Origin: Bacteroidota bacterium
GTDB lineage: Bacteria; Bacteroidota; Bacteroidia; 2-12-FULL-35-15
Direction: 5' to 3'
Assembly (NCBI GenBank): GCA_947449315.1
Contig: CANFRC010000001.1
Location: 237,793 to 301,792, forward strand
DNA: 64,000 nt
The notes beneath the pieces were generated by a model. That model saw only the letters and a list, made by a program, of their open reading frames with translations, made no database searches and was not told the DNA's origin. A program made the position numbers and the translations under genes. Of the stretch, positions 61,361 through 64,000 are shown piece by piece. Numbering within the stretch: position 1 is the first letter of the stretch; every line of letters begins with the position of its first letter.

Positions 61361-61411
61361 ACCTTTATACAGTTAAAAACGATTCTTTTGTGAAGTACGA
61401 AGTTACTAAAT

Positions 61412-62446
61412 ATGCGTAAACCAATCATTATATTAGGTATTGAATCATCGTGTGATGATACTTCTGCTGCTGTCATTAAAGATGGCAAAATACTTGCCAA
61501 TATTGTTGCCAATCAATCTGTTCATGAACAATACGGAGGTGTAGTGCCGGAATTAGCTTCCAGAGCGCATCAGCAAAACATCATTCCGGTTGTCGATCAG
61601 GCGATAAAACGAGCTGGAATTACCACAAATGAGATTTCGGCAATTGCCTTTACGCGTGGTCCCGGACTCATGGGTTCCTTATTAGTCGGCGCATCTTTTT
61701 CAAAAGCTTTTGCAATGGGTATGAATATTCCTTTGATCGAGGTTAATCACATGCAAGGTCATATTCTAGCACATTTTATTGAAGAAGAAGGAAAAGAATT
61801 CCTGAAACCGTCCTTTCCTTTTCTATGTCTGACTGTTTCTGGCGGACATACACAAATCGTTTTGGTGAAAGATTTTTTTGATATGCAAATCATTGGGGAA
61901 ACCATTGATGACGCTGCAGGCGAAGCTTTTGATAAAGCAGCAAAAATCCTCGGACTTCCTTATCCAGGCGGACCATTGATCGATAAATATGCGAAAGAAG
62001 GAAATCCGAAAGCCTTCAGCTTTTCAAAACCACAAATCCCTGATTTGAATTTCAGTTTTTCCGGATTAAAAACCGGATTCATGAATTTTATCAACAATGA
62101 AACAGCAAAACATCCCGACTTTATTGAAAAAAACTTAGTCGATATTTGCGCTTCCATTCAATCCACGATCATCGAAATAGTATTGAGTAAACTAAAGAAA
62201 GCTGCTCACTTGCATCACATTCAACATATTGCCATAGCTGGAGGAGTTTCAGCTAATTCAGGATTGAGAAATGAATTGCAAAAACTGAAACAGGAATTAA
62301 AATGGGAATTGTTTATCCCTAAATTTGAATATTGCACCGATAATGCAGCAATGATAGCAATTACTGGCTATCACAAATTTTTAAAGAACGATTTTTCAAC
62401 ACAGGAAATAAGTCCATTGCCAAGATATTCGATTAATTCAATTTAA
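61412..62446 (+). CDS. tsaD: tRNA N6-adenosine threonylcarbamoyltransferase
   Basis: LGIESSCDDT, HEQYGGVVPELASRAH, NHMQGH, SGGHT, DDAAGEAFDK, CTDNAAMI. Confidence 0.98.
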   Translation: MRKPIIILGIESSCDDTSAAVIKDGKILANIVANQSVHEQYGGVVPELASRAHQQNIIPVVDQAIKRAGITTNEISAIAFTRGPGLMGSLLVGASFSKAFAMGMNIPLIEVNHMQGHILAHFIEEEGKEFLKPSFPFLCLTVSGGHTQIVLVKDFFDMQIIGETIDDAAGEAFDKAAKILGLPYPGGPLIDKYAKEGNPKAFSFSKPQIPDLNFSFSGLKTGFMNFINNETAKHPDFIEKNLVDICASIQSTIIEIVLSKLKKAAHLHHIQHIAIAGGVSANSGLRNELQKLKQELKWELFIPKFEYCTDNAAMIAITGYHKFLKNDFSTQEISPLPRYSINSI

Positions 62447-62448
62447 AC

Positions 62449-63156
62449 GTGAAGCTAAAAGGATCGTATTTTCTTTTTTTATTTTACCTGATGTTGCTAC
62501 ACTTCAGTTCCTTCGCTTTTATGGATGGCGACACCATTCGCAATGAATCCTATTTAAAGAACAAACGATCTTATTCTGCACAACCTATCTTAATAAAAAG
62601 TAGTCCTACGGCTTTTTTATGGGGAGGAATTTTGCCGTTTACATCCGAATACAGATTAATGGCAGAGGTTCCATCTGCAAAAAAACAATCGGAAGTGATC
62701 AGCTTTTCGTACCTGGGAAAAAATATATTCTTAGGTGCAGTACAAAAACTTTCTGCCGTATCGAGCAATCGTATATTAAAAGTTTCGGGCTGGCGTTTTC
62801 AATATGCACATAAATTTTATTTAGTGAGGCACGAACGAAAAGCTCCTTATGGGTTTTATGTAGCACCACTCATTTCATATTCCAATGTGCATGTTTCCAT
62901 AGGATTGAATCGCTATTATCATCAAACCTACTTCGACTTCAGAAACCTGAGTGAAAATCTGGTAATCGGAGTTCAATCGGGTAAATCAAAACATTTCTCT
63001 ACCGATATTTATTTCGGAATGGGACATAAAAGTAATACCGCTTATTACCATGCTGGCTCCTATCATATATTCCAATACGACACTTCCGATTTCGGTGATT
63101 TTTATAACGGACACGTCAGTGTCATTTTCGATATCAATATCGGATATCGATTCTAA
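62449..63156 (+). CDS. hypothetical exported, probably outer-membrane beta-strand protein (GTG start)
   Basis: Signal-like N-terminus; aromatic amphipathic strands; C-terminal NIGYRF. Confidence 0.55.
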   Translation: MKLKGSYFLFLFYLMLLHFSSFAFMDGDTIRNESYLKNKRSYSAQPILIKSSPTAFLWGGILPFTSEYRLMAEVPSAKKQSEVISFSYLGKNIFLGAVQKLSAVSSNRILKVSGWRFQYAHKFYLVRHERKAPYGFYVAPLISYSNVHVSIGLNRYYHQTYFDFRNLSENLVIGVQSGKSKHFSTDIYFGMGHKSNTAYYHAGSYHIFQYDTSDFGDFYNGHVSVIFDINIGYRF

Positions 63157-63195
63157 AAAAAAAGCCCCGCCTAGTTGGCGGGGCTTTTTTTAGAA
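63151..63195. terminator. bidirectional intrinsic terminator
   Basis: TTCTAAAAAAAAAGCCCCGCC-TAGTT-GGCGGGGCTTTTTTTAGAA. Confidence 0.88.
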
Positions 63196-63201
63196 TTACA
63201 C

Positions 63202-64000
63202 TTAATTTATCTTCATCACTTTTACCGGCACTGTTACTTCGTCTCCATTTAAAATTCTAATATAATAGATACCTGAATTAACTGCTGGACTGATAGAAAC
63301 GGTTCCTTCCGATTGCGTTACAGGAATCGTTGAAACAACTCTGCCAGTCACATCGAAGATCACGATAGATGCTCCAACACCAATTTTGTTCTTTAATTTA
63401 TAAGCGATTGTTGTTTCGTTTGTGAATGGATTCGGATACACATTTACACCTGATGTGTTTTGGGTATTGTGTTCACTGATTCCGGTAGGGCCTTCACTCA
63501 CTAAGAATTTATCAAAGCCAGCTTCCACGATATGTCCAGAAGAAGCTAAGTCGCCGGTTCTCACCATCAATGTCATGGTAGCACTTGGCGTGATTACACT
63601 GGAAACTTTAAATGTTTTATGTATCCATGAAGAACTTCCAACGAAAGTACTGTTTGCATAATCCAACAATACTGTTGTTGTACCATTGCTTAAATAAATA
63701 CTGATCGAATCGTTGGGAGCACCAGAACCACCACCATTGTAGAACCAGCGGGAATATTCCACATATGGATCGATATAACTCGAAAGGTCAAATACAGGAG
63801 ATGTTAATCGGGTATTTCCATTATCAACATCCATATCGGATGCTGTAACACCTGTATTACCTGTTACAAAGGCCATGTTCGAACAATCTGTTGAATCATC
63901 AAAACCAGGATTAGCGGCAATACAATTATTAAATGTACCCAATGGCACACCTCTTTCCCAAGCACCTGAAGTTGCAGTTGAACTTACTGTCCAGCCCAGA
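63202..64000 (-). CDS. T9SS cargo protein with type A C-terminal sorting domain (5'-truncated)
   Basis: Frame open to the window edge; CTD VYPNPF...IFDVTGRVV...SGIYYIRI...KVMK. Confidence 0.85.
   Translation of the reverse strand, partial: LGWTVSSTATSGAWERGVPLGTFNNCIAANPGFDDSTDCSNMAFVTGNTGVTASDMDVDNGNTRLTSPVFDLSSYIDPYVEYSRWFYNGGGSGAPNDSISIYLSNGTTTVLLDYANSTFVGSSSWIHKTFKVSSVITPSATMTLMVRTGDLASSGHIVEAGFDKFLVSEGPTGISEHNTQNTSGVNVYPNPFTNETTIAYKLKNKIGVGASIVIFDVTGRVVSTIPVTQSEGTVSISPAVNSGIYYIRILNGDEVTVPVKVMKIN

Overview
AT-rich core chromosomal segment of a Bacteroidota bacterium. The assignment rests on porQ-lon-cmk synteny, a T9SS C-terminal sorting domain, ribosomal protein THX, TAnnTTTG promoter elements and Gln+1 signal peptides. 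It holds about 55 protein genes, mostly housekeeping or envelope (miaA, lpxB, surE, ispH, clpS, cmk, lon, ligA, prmC, ribD, ribBA, fmt, HU, speB, pdxH, lptF, tamB, tsaD), one tRNA-Met(CAT) and several intrinsic terminators. I saw no integrase, transposase, CRISPR array, rRNA or pseudogene. The main points for follow-up are: (1) two related GC-rich 21-nt palindromes that look inserted in-frame into a gene fusing a ~255-aa histone-H1-like Lys-rich region to a START-like domain; (2) a 1809-aa PorE-like periplasmic protein with a long helical spacer and three SPOR-like repeats instead of OmpA; (3) an envelope-glycosylation cluster around lptF; (4) a THX with a PKKAAA tail; (5) a tamB that apparently needs a non-canonical start codon; (6) a sigma54-like element upstream of lon. 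All family calls come from motif recognition by eye; no database searches were run.
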